From positions 160,001-224,000 of the IMG/VR virus record IMGVR_UViG_3300035498_000371: a stretch of DNA of 64,000 nt; one strand, given 5' to 3'. This DNA comes from a virus. Lineage: Duplodnaviria; Caudoviricetes. The position numbers and the translations under genes were made by a program. Of this stretch, positions 36,055 to 47,348 are shown one piece after another. Every line of letters begins with the position of its first letter. Position 1 is the stretch's first letter. Under the pieces are notes generated by a model. The model had not been told where the DNA came from. It ran no database searches and saw only the letters and a program-made list of their open reading frames with translations.

Positions 36055-39000
36055 ATGGGCATGTATATTCCTGAAAAGACGTATACGGATAATCCATTCG
36101 TAGATAACGTATTATATTATGCTAAGATCTTAGCATTGAACTGCGTTATTAAGGATGAAGATGAAGCTTTATCGTATGAAACGGAAGCATCTTTAAGCAA
36201 CGGGAATACGCTTATAGCTTGCGTTGAAGGTCGAGCTACATATGAATTATTCCCCACAATTCCAAAAGAGATTTTGGAAAAATATATTCCTATAAAAAGT
36301 AATATTGATCTTTATGTAGAAGACGTTGATGCTCTTGAAACATATTTTAGAACTTTCACTGATTATGAAAGAGTTAATTTATTTAGAAAAATATCAAATC
36401 TTGCAAGAACTATTTATATTGATCATTATGACGTAATGATGCATTATCTTACTAATATAGATGATACATGGATTGATGATAATAAACCTTTATATGAGTC
36501 TTGCTTAACTAAATCTGCTACATATAAAGATTTATTTGATCAAATTCCCACAGAGACGATGAAAAGAATCGTAAAGCAATATCTTAATAATTATAACAAC
36601 TCAGATATCAATGATATGGTATCATCTCTTGATGCATTTCAAGAATATATTGATTCCAGAATTGATAGCACAATAGATACGGAGCTCGATAATATTACAA
36701 GCGCTATGACAGCAGTATTTATTAGTCATTATGAAATGATGATTGAGCGTGGATATGTATCTAAATCTCATAATAAATGGTATGAGTTTATCGCTTATGA
36801 ATCAGTCTATAACAAATGCAAGACTGGCAATTCATCTTACTCTGAATTATATCCATTATTCCCGGCAGATGAATTATTAGATTCATTATATTCTGTTATC
36901 GGGCAAACAACTGTAGATTCATTTCAGTTGTATGACGGGTTAGATATTCTTGAAGAGTACTTTAATTCATACTCATTAGATCCCGAGCAGGAAAAAGCAG
37001 ACTTATCTTCTAATATGATGAAGAAATATGTAGAATGCTATAATCCTATGATAAATAAAGACATCTATGAGAAATGCAAAGCATCTCAAGTAGATTATTG
37101 GTATCTCAGCGATTATATGCCTAAAGAAACACTTAAAGTTATTCTAAATACTTTTATAGATGAAATTACCAATATAGAAGCGTATGAGAAATCTAAGAAT
37201 ATGCTTAACGAGTATTTAGCATCCATCTCTCAGGATAAGAGAACTGAAATTAAGAAGAGTATCACTAATGATATGATGGAATGGTATCCAAACAACTATA
37301 CTGAGCTTAATAAGTATTATAGAGCTCTTATGGGACAACCACCATTAGATGATAATGGAGAACCTATGGAAGATACTCTTAAAAGGACATATAATTCCAC
37401 CACAAAGAGTTTCATTGATTTTGGAACTAGATTTACTTCCATTATCCCAGCTACAGCTTACCCTGAGTCACATTGGGATCAAGCATTATGTGATTTCGAT
37501 GATTACGATATCAGTATCTTGGAAGAGTATGGAATTCTTGAGCAGTATATTGCTGTATGTAAAGATAATAATACTAATGATATTGATGGTAGATATGATT
37601 ATTTTAATCATCTTGGAGCTGACGCTTTGGATGTGTATACTTGCAGAAAGGCACAGAAATTTCAATTAATGTATGTGCCAGACGTAGATGATACAGATGC
37701 TAAAAAGAAGTTTGTAGATATCTATACAGTAAATAGGGATTATATAATTAGAACAGTCTACGCAGATGGGTATAAGTATCAGTCTGATTATTACGACAAA
37801 TTTATGATTATATTTATTCTCTTAAATACGATCATGGATATGCTAGTTCATATTCCTGAATATATCATTGATAGAGAAGTATTTGATGCTAGATGCATAA
37901 GCTATATGTTTGAGGCATTTGGCATTCCATACTACTCTGAGATTCCATTAAAATATCAGAGAGCGATGCTTAAAAATCTTAATACATTAATCAAGTACAA
38001 ATCAAGTACGAAGAATATGATAGATATTTGTAGTATATTTGGATTTGATGATGTAAAGGTATTCAACTATTACTTATTCAAATCTAGAAATACTTCTTTA
38101 GATACTGGAGAGTACGTGCTTGAAGAGAATAATGATATTTCATATAATATAGATGAATTATACATCAAGAATTCTGATGGTGATTTCTCTGACTATAATG
38201 GGAATCATTATTCTAAACTTACTGATTATAAAGATTATGATGAATCCTATCATATAAAAACTATAAGCGTCCAAGAAGATGACGGAACTATAAAACAGAA
38301 AGTTATTATGAATAACGACGTAGATTACTACGTTAGAGATCCAGATGATAACGATAACTTCTTGAGTGTAAAAGATTTGGATTATTTCACATCAATTAAA
38401 GCAAGCACTCAACCTGCAACTCTTAAATTTATTAGAGTTCCTATAGGAGAAAGTCTTACTACTTATAAGAATGATCCTAATTATATTGACGGTTATGATG
38501 AAATTGTAACTGCTGATGAAGGTGATACATGGGACGGAGGGCTTGAACACGACGCTTTAGCTCAGAAGATTCTTGATTATGAGTTTAATGCAGTAAAATC
38601 TAAATACATCTCAATAGAAACTGTAACAGAAATGACTGAATTAGCGTTTCAGGTATCATATTTCTACAATATGCTTTTCGATAACTTCTATTCGGAAGAT
38701 AATCTTACTGTAGAGGTAGCAAGTATTAAGACAGGGCATAAGTTCCGTTTTATGGACATCGTATGCTATCTGTTTGCTTTGATGTATTTGTATGATGGAT
38801 TAGAGGATAATATCATGTATTCTCCAACCCAAATATTGTACGTTAAAGGCTACAACTTCAGTGAGTGCGCTAATGAAGTACTAAAAGACCAAAAATACTT
38901 CCAGCAGACAGATGAAGACTCTGGAGAACCATTAGCTGACGATAAGAAATATAATGTATTTAGCATTAATGATAGAATTGCTGAAGACGGATATGATTAT

Positions 39001-41910
39001 CATGAAGCATTCGAAAACTACAGAATAACAGCATTTAATCTTGGCGCTGATATAGATGAATTAGAGAAATGGCTTAATGATAACTGTCAGATGTCTTTAG
39101 AAGATTTTGTTGTTGATGATTCATTAACTGAGTTTAGTCAGGTTATTACATTGAGATCATTCTTCTCTCTTAATAATTCTTATTACCAGAAAGATATCTT
39201 CAAACAGAATCTGTTACCATTACAATACAACCAGAATATAAACTATGCTTTCGGATATAAATTATTCCGTAAATCATTAATTGGAGATATAGAGTCTGTT
39301 ATTCATGGTTTCATTACTACAGATGATGGAATGATGGCTGAATTGATAGATGATAATTCCAATGAAGTTTATATCATGGATTATACCCAATATATTATAT
39401 TCAATGGTAAGAAGATAACTCCTTATTACCAATATACTCGTCAGAGTAATGGTGATTATTACATGAGTTCATCTCAACCATATATGAAATATAGAAATGG
39501 TTATGAACGCATATTTGATAATGATATTAATATCATAAGAAATAGAGATCAGAAATGCGTATTTGCTGCAGATCATTTCTATAGGAAAGTCAATGGTATT
39601 ATAGAAGAAATTACTGAAGATAAATACTTCATGGATGATCCATATGAGCCAGGAAAAAGAATACTCTTATTCGGCGAGTATTATATTTACGATGAAAATG
39701 AATGGAAATTAAATCCTAATAACTGTTACGTTGCAGTTGTAAAGAATGGTGAAGTAAGTTACGTTTTGTTAAAAGATGTAGAAGATACTGACGATATAAT
39801 GGTATCTGAGGAAGATTGCTTTATCAGGCATTCAGATGGCCATTTCATAAGATTATCTGATACAGATTACTACGTAAGATCAGAAGATGGTAACTCATTT
39901 GTTCTTAATGAAGAAGAATGTTTCGTTATAGCAGATAGAGAAACTGAATGGTTTGACCCTGCAGCAAATCCTAGAGTTTATTATATGAAACTCAGTAGCT
40001 ACTATGATGAAAATAGTAGTATTATTATCAATACTACTTATTTCGTTAAAGATAAGGATGGAAATTTCATTCCTGAAAGTGAATTAATTCATCCTACAAC
40101 GTGCTATTATATAAATCCTGATACTGGAACTTATTCTTTGGTTATAGAGCATATTGCTGTATATGAAGATTATACAGAGCCATTCAATATAACAAACGTT
40201 CTTATATTACAAGAGGATAATACTTACAATGAGTTAATCCCAGATGATAAAAATTATATCTTAGTAACGAATCCTAATAGAGTATTTACTTATAATAGTG
40301 ATACCAGATATGGATTAGCTTTAAATAAATTAGCATCATATGATGATACATCAACAATGATTGTTGTATTCAATAGATACCTTGATGAAACAACATCGTC
40401 TGATTCATTTACAGATGAAGATTCTGTATATAATCCTGAAGTTACAGATAAAGTATGGGACGAGAATGATTATTTCTATGAAGATCCATCTTATGATCCA
40501 GATAATGCTGTTGGTATGAATGGCGAGAATAAATGGTATTACACAAAACCAGATTCCACGACTATTCAATCCACTGAAGAAAATAGTGAATCAACTAAGA
40601 TTGGTTCTGGCTTCTATCTTGAGGCTACTTCATATATTGGAGATACTGAACTAGAATATGGTTCAAGATATTATATGTCTTTCGATGTAGAGACAAACTT
40701 CAATGGAAGAGTTCAGATTAGCAATGAGGTCGATCAAGATTGCGTTAAAGAAACTGATAGAGAATATCAAGTATTTAAAGAAACAGCCATTCATGTTAAC
40801 CAAGTATTTACAGCAAATAATAAAATACATCCTGCAATAAAATTCTTAATATATTGCTATGATGAATTTCCAATTCATATTGGAGATTATATCGTGGTAA
40901 AGAATATTAAGTTTATGAAATCCTATAGTGATAATTTTATAGCTCAAGATATTCCTTCGTACGAAAAGCTTCAAGAACTTTATAATACGAATAAAGCTAT
41001 ATATAATTATATTACAACAAAAATGGCAGAATGCAGTGATTATGATACTTACCAAATCTATAAGAAGCTGTATGATTCTCTTATGACTTCTGAGTATAAT
41101 AAAGAAGCATTCAAGATAGGAGATAATCAATATGCTAAAACATACACTGATTTCTTAGAGACTAGAGACGCTGTATTGTATGAGAAATTGAAGTATTTTA
41201 AATCATTAGATACTGAAACAATGCAGAAAGAAATAGCTGATAATATTGTTGAAGTAACGTATGCTATTGATGAATATATTGATACTTACAGTTATGGATA
41301 TTTATATTCATATTTCCCTGCAGTATCTGCTAATTTCATTCAGCAGTATATTTCAAAGGTTATTAATTTCTTTAAATCTTGGAAAGTTCATCTTCTTGGT
41401 ATTAATACGATATATAAATTTGACTCTAAGATGGAGAATACAATTAAAGTACTTGAAGATCAAGAATATGAAGTAACGCTTGATGATACAAAACATAATG
41501 TCTTTATATATGATAACGTTAAAATAAATCCTATAGATGCTCTAAGTCCTAGCGGAGAAAAATATACAGATCTCTTTCCAGATCTAGTAAGATTTGTACT
41601 GGATAGGAAAGAATTCTGTAGACCTCATGATAGAGTTAGAGTAATATCTAAAGTTGAAAATAGAATCAGAATTACTGATAATTACGAGAATATGCATATT
41701 ATATTTAACAATGATGATATTCAGGTTACTGATTCAAATGGTGAACTTATAATTAAAAGTGAAAGTGCAGGATTCCAGGAAGTAAACGAGAATGAACTTC
41801 TTATGACTACAGATGTTACAGAAGATCAGGTTAACGCTTCTCAGATCATTGACGAGATTAATCACTTTTCTAAAGATATCTTTGAATGGAGGGAATTTGA
41901 AAATGAATGA
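36055..41910 (+). CDS. Large virion structural protein, probable baseplate wedge
   Basis: 1951 aa; FGIPYY...LIKYKSSTKNMIDICSIFG resembles the P2 gpI/T4 gp7-like wedge motif; promoter at 36019-36031. Confidence 0.6.
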   Translation: MGMYIPEKTYTDNPFVDNVLYYAKILALNCVIKDEDEALSYETEASLSNGNTLIACVEGRATYELFPTIPKEILEKYIPIKSNIDLYVEDVDALETYFRTFTDYERVNLFRKISNLARTIYIDHYDVMMHYLTNIDDTWIDDNKPLYESCLTKSATYKDLFDQIPTETMKRIVKQYLNNYNNSDINDMVSSLDAFQEYIDSRIDSTIDTELDNITSAMTAVFISHYEMMIERGYVSKSHNKWYEFIAYESVYNKCKTGNSSYSELYPLFPADELLDSLYSVIGQTTVDSFQLYDGLDILEEYFNSYSLDPEQEKADLSSNMMKKYVECYNPMINKDIYEKCKASQVDYWYLSDYMPKETLKVILNTFIDEITNIEAYEKSKNMLNEYLASISQDKRTEIKKSITNDMMEWYPNNYTELNKYYRALMGQPPLDDNGEPMEDTLKRTYNSTTKSFIDFGTRFTSIIPATAYPESHWDQALCDFDDYDISILEEYGILEQYIAVCKDNNTNDIDGRYDYFNHLGADALDVYTCRKAQKFQLMYVPDVDDTDAKKKFVDIYTVNRDYIIRTVYADGYKYQSDYYDKFMIIFILLNTIMDMLVHIPEYIIDREVFDARCISYMFEAFGIPYYSEIPLKYQRAMLKNLNTLIKYKSSTKNMIDICSIFGFDDVKVFNYYLFKSRNTSLDTGEYVLEENNDISYNIDELYIKNSDGDFSDYNGNHYSKLTDYKDYDESYHIKTISVQEDDGTIKQKVIMNNDVDYYVRDPDDNDNFLSVKDLDYFTSIKASTQPATLKFIRVPIGESLTTYKNDPNYIDGYDEIVTADEGDTWDGGLEHDALAQKILDYEFNAVKSKYISIETVTEMTELAFQVSYFYNMLFDNFYSEDNLTVEVASIKTGHKFRFMDIVCYLFALMYLYDGLEDNIMYSPTQILYVKGYNFSECANEVLKDQKYFQQTDEDSGEPLADDKKYNVFSINDRIAEDGYDYHEAFENYRITAFNLGADIDELEKWLNDNCQMSLEDFVVDDSLTEFSQVITLRSFFSLNNSYYQKDIFKQNLLPLQYNQNINYAFGYKLFRKSLIGDIESVIHGFITTDDGMMAELIDDNSNEVYIMDYTQYIIFNGKKITPYYQYTRQSNGDYYMSSSQPYMKYRNGYERIFDNDINIIRNRDQKCVFAADHFYRKVNGIIEEITEDKYFMDDPYEPGKRILLFGEYYIYDENEWKLNPNNCYVAVVKNGEVSYVLLKDVEDTDDIMVSEEDCFIRHSDGHFIRLSDTDYYVRSEDGNSFVLNEEECFVIADRETEWFDPAANPRVYYMKLSSYYDENSSIIINTTYFVKDKDGNFIPESELIHPTTCYYINPDTGTYSLVIEHIAVYEDYTEPFNITNVLILQEDNTYNELIPDDKNYILVTNPNRVFTYNSDTRYGLALNKLASYDDTSTMIVVFNRYLDETTSSDSFTDEDSVYNPEVTDKVWDENDYFYEDPSYDPDNAVGMNGENKWYYTKPDSTTIQSTEENSESTKIGSGFYLEATSYIGDTELEYGSRYYMSFDVETNFNGRVQISNEVDQDCVKETDREYQVFKETAIHVNQVFTANNKIHPAIKFLIYCYDEFPIHIGDYIVVKNIKFMKSYSDNFIAQDIPSYEKLQELYNTNKAIYNYITTKMAECSDYDTYQIYKKLYDSLMTSEYNKEAFKIGDNQYAKTYTDFLETRDAVLYEKLKYFKSLDTETMQKEIADNIVEVTYAIDEYIDTYSYGYLYSYFPAVSANFIQQYISKVINFFKSWKVHLLGINTIYKFDSKMENTIKVLEDQEYEVTLDDTKHNVFIYDNVKINPIDALSPSGEKYTDLFPDLVRFVLDRKEFCRPHDRVRVISKVENRIRITDNYENMHIIFNNDDIQVTDSNGELIIKSESAGFQEVNENELLMTTDVTEDQVNASQIIDEINHFSKDIFEWREFENE

Positions 41911-42856
41911 ATTCAGATACTATACAGATAGAGCACGAATAAATGAAGATCATGCTATTAAGTATGATAAGAATGGAAATCTTCGTGTTTCTTCTGAGCT
42001 TAAATTCTATAATGATGAGACTGGAGAGATGATTTGGGAACCACTGCATAATAGAACTGTTATTGCAGGATCTGCTCTTATGGCAATGAAGTTATTTGAG
42101 CTTGATCGTAGTTGCCTGAATAATACTCCGACCTATGATACTGAACTTGAATTAGATGATGCTGCTACGGCATCTTCTTATCCATCCATTACTGTTAAAG
42201 ATAGTAATGGTTTTGTTGTTGGCTCTGTTCCTGATGAATCACAGAGAATGATTATTGGTTTCTGTGTGGGTCAAGGTGGAGCAGGATTAGACATTTCTGA
42301 TACATTTGACGTTGATTATGCAAGCTGGATTGATCCAGATTCATTGGTGCCATTTATGTATCCATTGCAGTCGGCAGATGATGTAGATGAATCAATCTAT
42401 AAGGGAAAAAAGAATATTCTTCTTTCTAATGGACAAACTAGAACTGCTTATTATTTTAAGGAATTTTCTAATTCTCCTACAATGGTGCAGAATTATATCT
42501 CAACTACAGGAAATTTTGCTGATACTGTAACTTCAGCAAATGTTTATAAGAATAAGACTATGGCTAATAAAGCTCAGACCTATGTAGAATTACATCTTAA
42601 AATCACAAAGAGTGATTGTAGGGACTTCTTTATAGCCCATAAAGGTTTAGCTAATGCTAAAATCAATCAGTTATCATTAGTTAGCGGTTGGAGAAGAACG
42701 GTAGAAAAGACTAAGCTTGATAGCGATGGTAATACAAGAACTAAAAGCATCGAAGTATTTACCGATATCCGTCCTTTCTCTATGATTAATATACCAACTG
42801 AAATCTTAAGCGATCCTGAGAAATCGGTAAGTTGCGTTTATACATTATATTTCTAA
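41903..42856 (+). CDS. Baseplate/tail-fibre attachment structural protein
   Basis: Coupled to the wedge gene; HNRTVIAG...GFCVGQGG...INQLSL...VYTLYF layout. Confidence 0.55.
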   Translation: MNEFRYYTDRARINEDHAIKYDKNGNLRVSSELKFYNDETGEMIWEPLHNRTVIAGSALMAMKLFELDRSCLNNTPTYDTELELDDAATASSYPSITVKDSNGFVVGSVPDESQRMIIGFCVGQGGAGLDISDTFDVDYASWIDPDSLVPFMYPLQSADDVDESIYKGKKNILLSNGQTRTAYYFKEFSNSPTMVQNYISTTGNFADTVTSANVYKNKTMANKAQTYVELHLKITKSDCRDFFIAHKGLANAKINQLSLVSGWRRTVEKTKLDSDGNTRTKSIEVFTDIRPFSMINIPTEILSDPEKSVSCVYTLYF

Positions 42857-42917
42857 AAACAAAAAGATTTAGGGGTAGGGATAATTCCCTACCTCTATTT
42901 CTTGTAATTGATATTTA

Positions 42918-44363
42918 TTATAAATATAACGCTTCGAAGATTATTACATCACCCTCAGTGGTAGGATTAAATAAAGTAATCTTCTCATCTTTGGTATTTA
43001 TAGAATAATCAAGATCTTCAAATAATCTTAATCCATTCTTATATACCGTAATACAAGCTCCAAGCTCATACTGCATTCCGCAGTAGCAGATTTCTTTTTC
43101 GCTTTCCAATGCCTTATAAACCCATCTACCAGTTCTTAGCTGAGATATATCGGTAGTCATAAGATAAACTTTTCTCTCTTCTTTACACCACATAAATCTA
43201 GCGATTTTTCCAGATGGTAAGCCTTTAGTAAGATCTTTTCCTCTAGCATCTACTATAGGAACGTTAGTTATAGAACCACCATTGTATGCTATCAATGCAG
43301 CAGCATCAAATCTCTTAGCTGTTCCTATAAGAACGTTGCACATGAAATAATCATATTCAATGATATTCTTAGAAGAATCAATATGAATAAAATTATCATA
43401 CTCGCTGATGTCGATATTATATGATGCATTATCAACGTTATGATCAACCATGTTAAGCATCTCTAAATAAAGATTATATAATCCTTTAGAAGTTGCTACA
43501 GCAGTTTCATCAGTATTAGTGAAGCTATCGGAAACTTTCTCTAATCTGGATATCGGTATTGATTTCATGGATATATTCTTTCCATCCATATACTGATATT
43601 TTACATCTTCATATGCTTTAGCGTTATATGTGAATATAAAATCAATTTGGTCGTTGCTACCAATCTCTTCAAGATTTAACGTTAATAAACCATAAGTAAA
43701 GTTATTATCATCATCCAGTACTGGACCAATGAAATATTCTTCAGATGTAAGATACCTACTGTTATATCTTATTTCTACATCGTCCATATAGTTCTCAAAT
43801 GGGTATAAGAACTTATAGCTCTTGGTATCTTTCTTGGTATAAATAGTTTGTCTGTTTATAGCCAGTCTAGTGATTTCATTATATTGGTCTTGGAATGATT
43901 TGCCATTCTTAAAGAATACGTTATCGGCAAATGTTATTGGCAGAATTACTCTACCTTCAGCATCTCTTAATAATGTATTTACTGCCGAGTCATCAAAGAG
44001 TTTATAACTATCTCTGGCATAATCAAATAAACCATAATTTTCAGGATATAAAAATCTTTTATAGATATAATTGATAACGTCTTTTAAAGTGGATGGATCA
44101 TCAACACCCTCTAATGATATCTCAAACTGGTCTACGTTAAATTTTGCTGCTGGTAAAGCTTTAGCAACAATCATCTCTGTAAGATCTATAAGTTTTGTAG
44201 GATCGTTTGAACTTGCAATATACATATGGTACGTTTCTGTACCAGTATTACCAAAATCAATAATAAGCTCATCTGTCTGAGCATTCTCTCTTTGGCTATA
44301 TGCTAATGGTCGTAATGGTATTCGACCGTGTTCAAACTGGTCTTTATTGTTATTAGAAGCCAT
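42918..44363 (-). CDS. Tail-fibre/baseplate protein
   Basis: ILPITFADNV adaptor motif, VATSKGL fibre motif, VYKNGLRL...DY Ig-like repeat. Confidence 0.55.
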   Translation of the reverse strand: MASNNNKDQFEHGRIPLRPLAYSQRENAQTDELIIDFGNTGTETYHMYIASSNDPTKLIDLTEMIVAKALPAAKFNVDQFEISLEGVDDPSTLKDVINYIYKRFLYPENYGLFDYARDSYKLFDDSAVNTLLRDAEGRVILPITFADNVFFKNGKSFQDQYNEITRLAINRQTIYTKKDTKSYKFLYPFENYMDDVEIRYNSRYLTSEEYFIGPVLDDDNNFTYGLLTLNLEEIGSNDQIDFIFTYNAKAYEDVKYQYMDGKNISMKSIPISRLEKVSDSFTNTDETAVATSKGLYNLYLEMLNMVDHNVDNASYNIDISEYDNFIHIDSSKNIIEYDYFMCNVLIGTAKRFDAAALIAYNGGSITNVPIVDARGKDLTKGLPSGKIARFMWCKEERKVYLMTTDISQLRTGRWVYKALESEKEICYCGMQYELGACITVYKNGLRLFEDLDYSINTKDEKITLFNPTTEGDVIIFEALYL

Positions 44364-44483
44364 AAAATAAAACCTCCTTTAATATTTATTACCATGATGT
44401 TTCCCCAATTCGATATTTAAGGCTAACAGATAAATAATGTATTATACATTAAAAAATTTATTTTCTTAAGGAGGAAACCAATT

Positions 44484-45143
44484 ATGGGAATATTTAGAAA
44501 AAAGAATAAGGCCCCGACGCATACGGTAGCCGAGAGAGAAGCGGAAAAATATAATCATCGTCAGGAAAAGTATGATGATGAACTCAGAAAAGTAGAGCAG
44601 AAAACCACATTTAAGACAAAGCTCAGCAGACTTAAATTTCCTACATATACTAAGAATCTTGTAGCAATTATAATCCTAATCTGTTTGATCGATTTACAAA
44701 TTACTTATATCTTAGCATTTATGGATAAAGTACAAATTGCTGAAGAGCTCAGTAAGCAGCTTTGTACTACGATCCTGGGGGTTGCTTTCGTATATATGGT
44801 TAGAGCTTACTTTGATTCTAAAGCAGAGCACAATAATAATAAAGAAACTGTAGATGACAATAAAATTAAAAAAGAATTAGATACTCTTGTTAATTCTAAA
44901 CTATCAAGCGTTATTCAGGACTTCGCAGATAATGTCGGAGTTGAATTTCCACTTAATGAGATTCTTAATAGCACTACAGGGTCATTAGATGATGAAGTTC
45001 CAGTAAATGATGAAATTCCAGATGAAGAAGAACCAAACGTAAATATTATTTCTGCTGAAATCGATGCTGATTCTATGGATGTTTCTAAACCAATAAATGA
45101 TAGTATAGAAGAGAAGTCAGATAATACTAATGAAACAAATTAA
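44484..45143 (+). CDS. Two-TM membrane protein (holin-like)
   Basis: TMs LVAIIILICLIDLQITYILAF and TILGVAFVYMV; adjacent to a holin. Confidence 0.5.
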   Translation: MGIFRKKNKAPTHTVAEREAEKYNHRQEKYDDELRKVEQKTTFKTKLSRLKFPTYTKNLVAIIILICLIDLQITYILAFMDKVQIAEELSKQLCTTILGVAFVYMVRAYFDSKAEHNNNKETVDDNKIKKELDTLVNSKLSSVIQDFADNVGVEFPLNEILNSTTGSLDDEVPVNDEIPDEEEPNVNIISAEIDADSMDVSKPINDSIEEKSDNTNETN

Positions 45144-45173
45144 TAACCATATTATTTAAGGAGGTAATAAGCT

Positions 45174-45629
45174 ATGAATGGAAACCTTATTGTAGACATT
45201 GTTGTTATTGTATTGATCGTAGGTTCTTACTTATTCGGTAAGTATGTAACTCCTAACCTTTCTGATGAGGCTAAAACCCTTATCGAGAATGGTGCTGCTG
45301 AATTCTCCCTAATAGCAAACTTTGCAGATAAGTTTGTTGTATGGGCTCGGGAGTTCATGAAAGACAGCAAAGGCAGTGAAAAGATGGAAGAAGTTGTAAA
45401 ACAGCTAGAGCAGATTGCAGAAAAATACAATATTACAATGACAGAAGACCAGCTAAAGGCAATAGCCCAGACTGCTTATGAAAACATGATTGGTACTACT
45501 AAGAGCGCTGAAGAGGTTGCTAATCAAACCATACAAGCAATTGTAGTAGAAAAGCAGACTGCTGTTGATCCTTCTGTTGATAACATTGAAATGCTCGACG
45601 AGAGCACTAAAGTAATCAAAGAAGATTAA
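45174..45629 (+). CDS. Phage holin, LL-H-like
   Basis: N-terminal TM; FVVWAREF...KGSEKMEEV...ITMTEDQLKAIAQTAYENM. Confidence 0.7.
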   Translation: MNGNLIVDIVVIVLIVGSYLFGKYVTPNLSDEAKTLIENGAAEFSLIANFADKFVVWAREFMKDSKGSEKMEEVVKQLEQIAEKYNITMTEDQLKAIAQTAYENMIGTTKSAEEVANQTIQAIVVEKQTAVDPSVDNIEMLDESTKVIKED

Positions 45630-45706
45630 CACAAAATGGGGGTGCGGGAGTCCGCACCCTCTAATATTTTGACATTATAGTAAATCAGATTAAGGAGGTG
45701 GAAATT

Positions 45707-46243
45707 ATGGCTGATTTTAATATGGGCCCTTTTAAGCCTAATCCTAAAGGTAAATATGATCCTAGCGCAAAGTATAAATACTTTGACTCTGTAGAATTTG
45801 ACGGAGGATGGTATTTGAATATTAACAGGGATGAAGTTGATGGGATTTCCTGTATAGGAATTCTTCCTGAAGGACAAGCGGAATCAGAGTTATATTGGAT
45901 GTGTTTATGCCGTAGGGGAAATGATGGTAAATCACCAGATGCTTATTTACCTTTTATAACTATAGATGAAACTGGAATATGGGATTACTCCTTATCAGAT
46001 AAAGCTATAGTTCCTAAAGAGCTAGATATTAAGCTTACGATAAATAACGCCTATGATGGGTGCTGTGGTATTATCGTTACAGATAATGCTAATTTAGAGT
46101 TGCCCGATAATAGTGATTGCTCTATTGACTTCGGTTATATTGATGCTGGAGCCAACCAATATTATATGTATACATTTATTTGTATGCCATATGGAGAGGA
46201 ATTGAAGTTCTTATGGAATAGGACGGTGATGAATAATGGGTGA
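45707..46243 (+). CDS. Virion/tail-associated protein
   Basis: KGKYDPSAKYKYFDSVEFDGGWY fibre-type motif; promoter at 45671-45683. Confidence 0.5.
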   Translation: MADFNMGPFKPNPKGKYDPSAKYKYFDSVEFDGGWYLNINRDEVDGISCIGILPEGQAESELYWMCLCRRGNDGKSPDAYLPFITIDETGIWDYSLSDKAIVPKELDIKLTINNAYDGCCGIIVTDNANLELPDNSDCSIDFGYIDAGANQYYMYTFICMPYGEELKFLWNRTVMNNG

Positions 46244-47306
46244 ATTTGGTATGCCTATAACACATATTATTCATAACTCTAACCACATTAGATTCATGAG
46301 AAAAGCTATCATTAATCATCCTGAAGATATAATTGATCATCCTGGCTTAATTAAATTTCCTAAAAAATTTAGAGATTTAGAGGCAGGGATTCATAGAGTA
46401 GTATTCGAAAAGTATCCCACTAAGGTCTTTTACTTTAACATGTATTGCAATTGTGGGTCGAATGAGCTTGTGATTATAGATAATATAAACTATGCTCATT
46501 TTGTTACAGGAGTTGGCGCTTATCCAATTCTTCTTTATGAAGAAACAACTGCTGATGATTATTATATCATGAATAATACTCTTAATGATTATTTAAATCT
46601 TCTTATGGTTGATGGGGAAACTAGCATTACTTATTCTAATGAGGATAAGAGCATAGATCTTAATAACCCATGCAGTTTAGCTGCGGTAGATTCTTTGACA
46701 GTTGAGACATCTAATGGGAATGACAACAAAAATGACAAACAAATATTTAATTTACGGCACGAATTAAGATCTCTACCAGATGGTAGAAAAGACTTATTTG
46801 TGCTGGATGCAGAAAACGAGAGAGCATATATCTTATACAAGGTAGGTCACACTACCATAACCGGAATGGAAGAAATTACTAAAGTCGACTCATTCTCAAA
46901 TGATTTATATTCAGTATATTTCATTAAGAATGATAATGTAATAAAAACTGATAATCCTGAATCATTGATTTGCACACACTTCAAGAGTATTCAGTATGAT
47001 AAGTTTAGGAGATTAGAGTTTAACCAAAACTCTATTTGCATATCTTATGATGAATGGAGAGGAAGAGGATTCTATATTAAGATTTCTAATGAGATAGCAC
47101 CAACCCTTGATAGCTTTATTCAGTTTGTCAATGGCAATCTGTTTATGACTAATAAATTAGAAGTGATGTTCCCGTTAGTAAAATCATACCAAACTAATGT
47201 ATTACTTGATGAGTACCATGTAAGAACCTTTTTCGACAAAACAAAACTAAAGCTTCAGGGTTCCAAAGATCTTCCTACTTATTTCTTTAAAACAACGTTC
47301 AAGTAA
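46236..47306 (+). CDS. Probable tail structural protein
   Basis: ELRSLPDGRKD motif seen in Firmicute phage tail proteins; coupled to the previous gene. Confidence 0.45.
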   Translation: MGEFGMPITHIIHNSNHIRFMRKAIINHPEDIIDHPGLIKFPKKFRDLEAGIHRVVFEKYPTKVFYFNMYCNCGSNELVIIDNINYAHFVTGVGAYPILLYEETTADDYYIMNNTLNDYLNLLMVDGETSITYSNEDKSIDLNNPCSLAAVDSLTVETSNGNDNKNDKQIFNLRHELRSLPDGRKDLFVLDAENERAYILYKVGHTTITGMEEITKVDSFSNDLYSVYFIKNDNVIKTDNPESLICTHFKSIQYDKFRRLEFNQNSICISYDEWRGRGFYIKISNEIAPTLDSFIQFVNGNLFMTNKLEVMFPLVKSYQTNVLLDEYHVRTFFDKTKLKLQGSKDLPTYFFKTTFK

Positions 47307-47348
47307 CTTATATTGAAACGATGCCATTTGTAAGGAGGAATGTAAAAA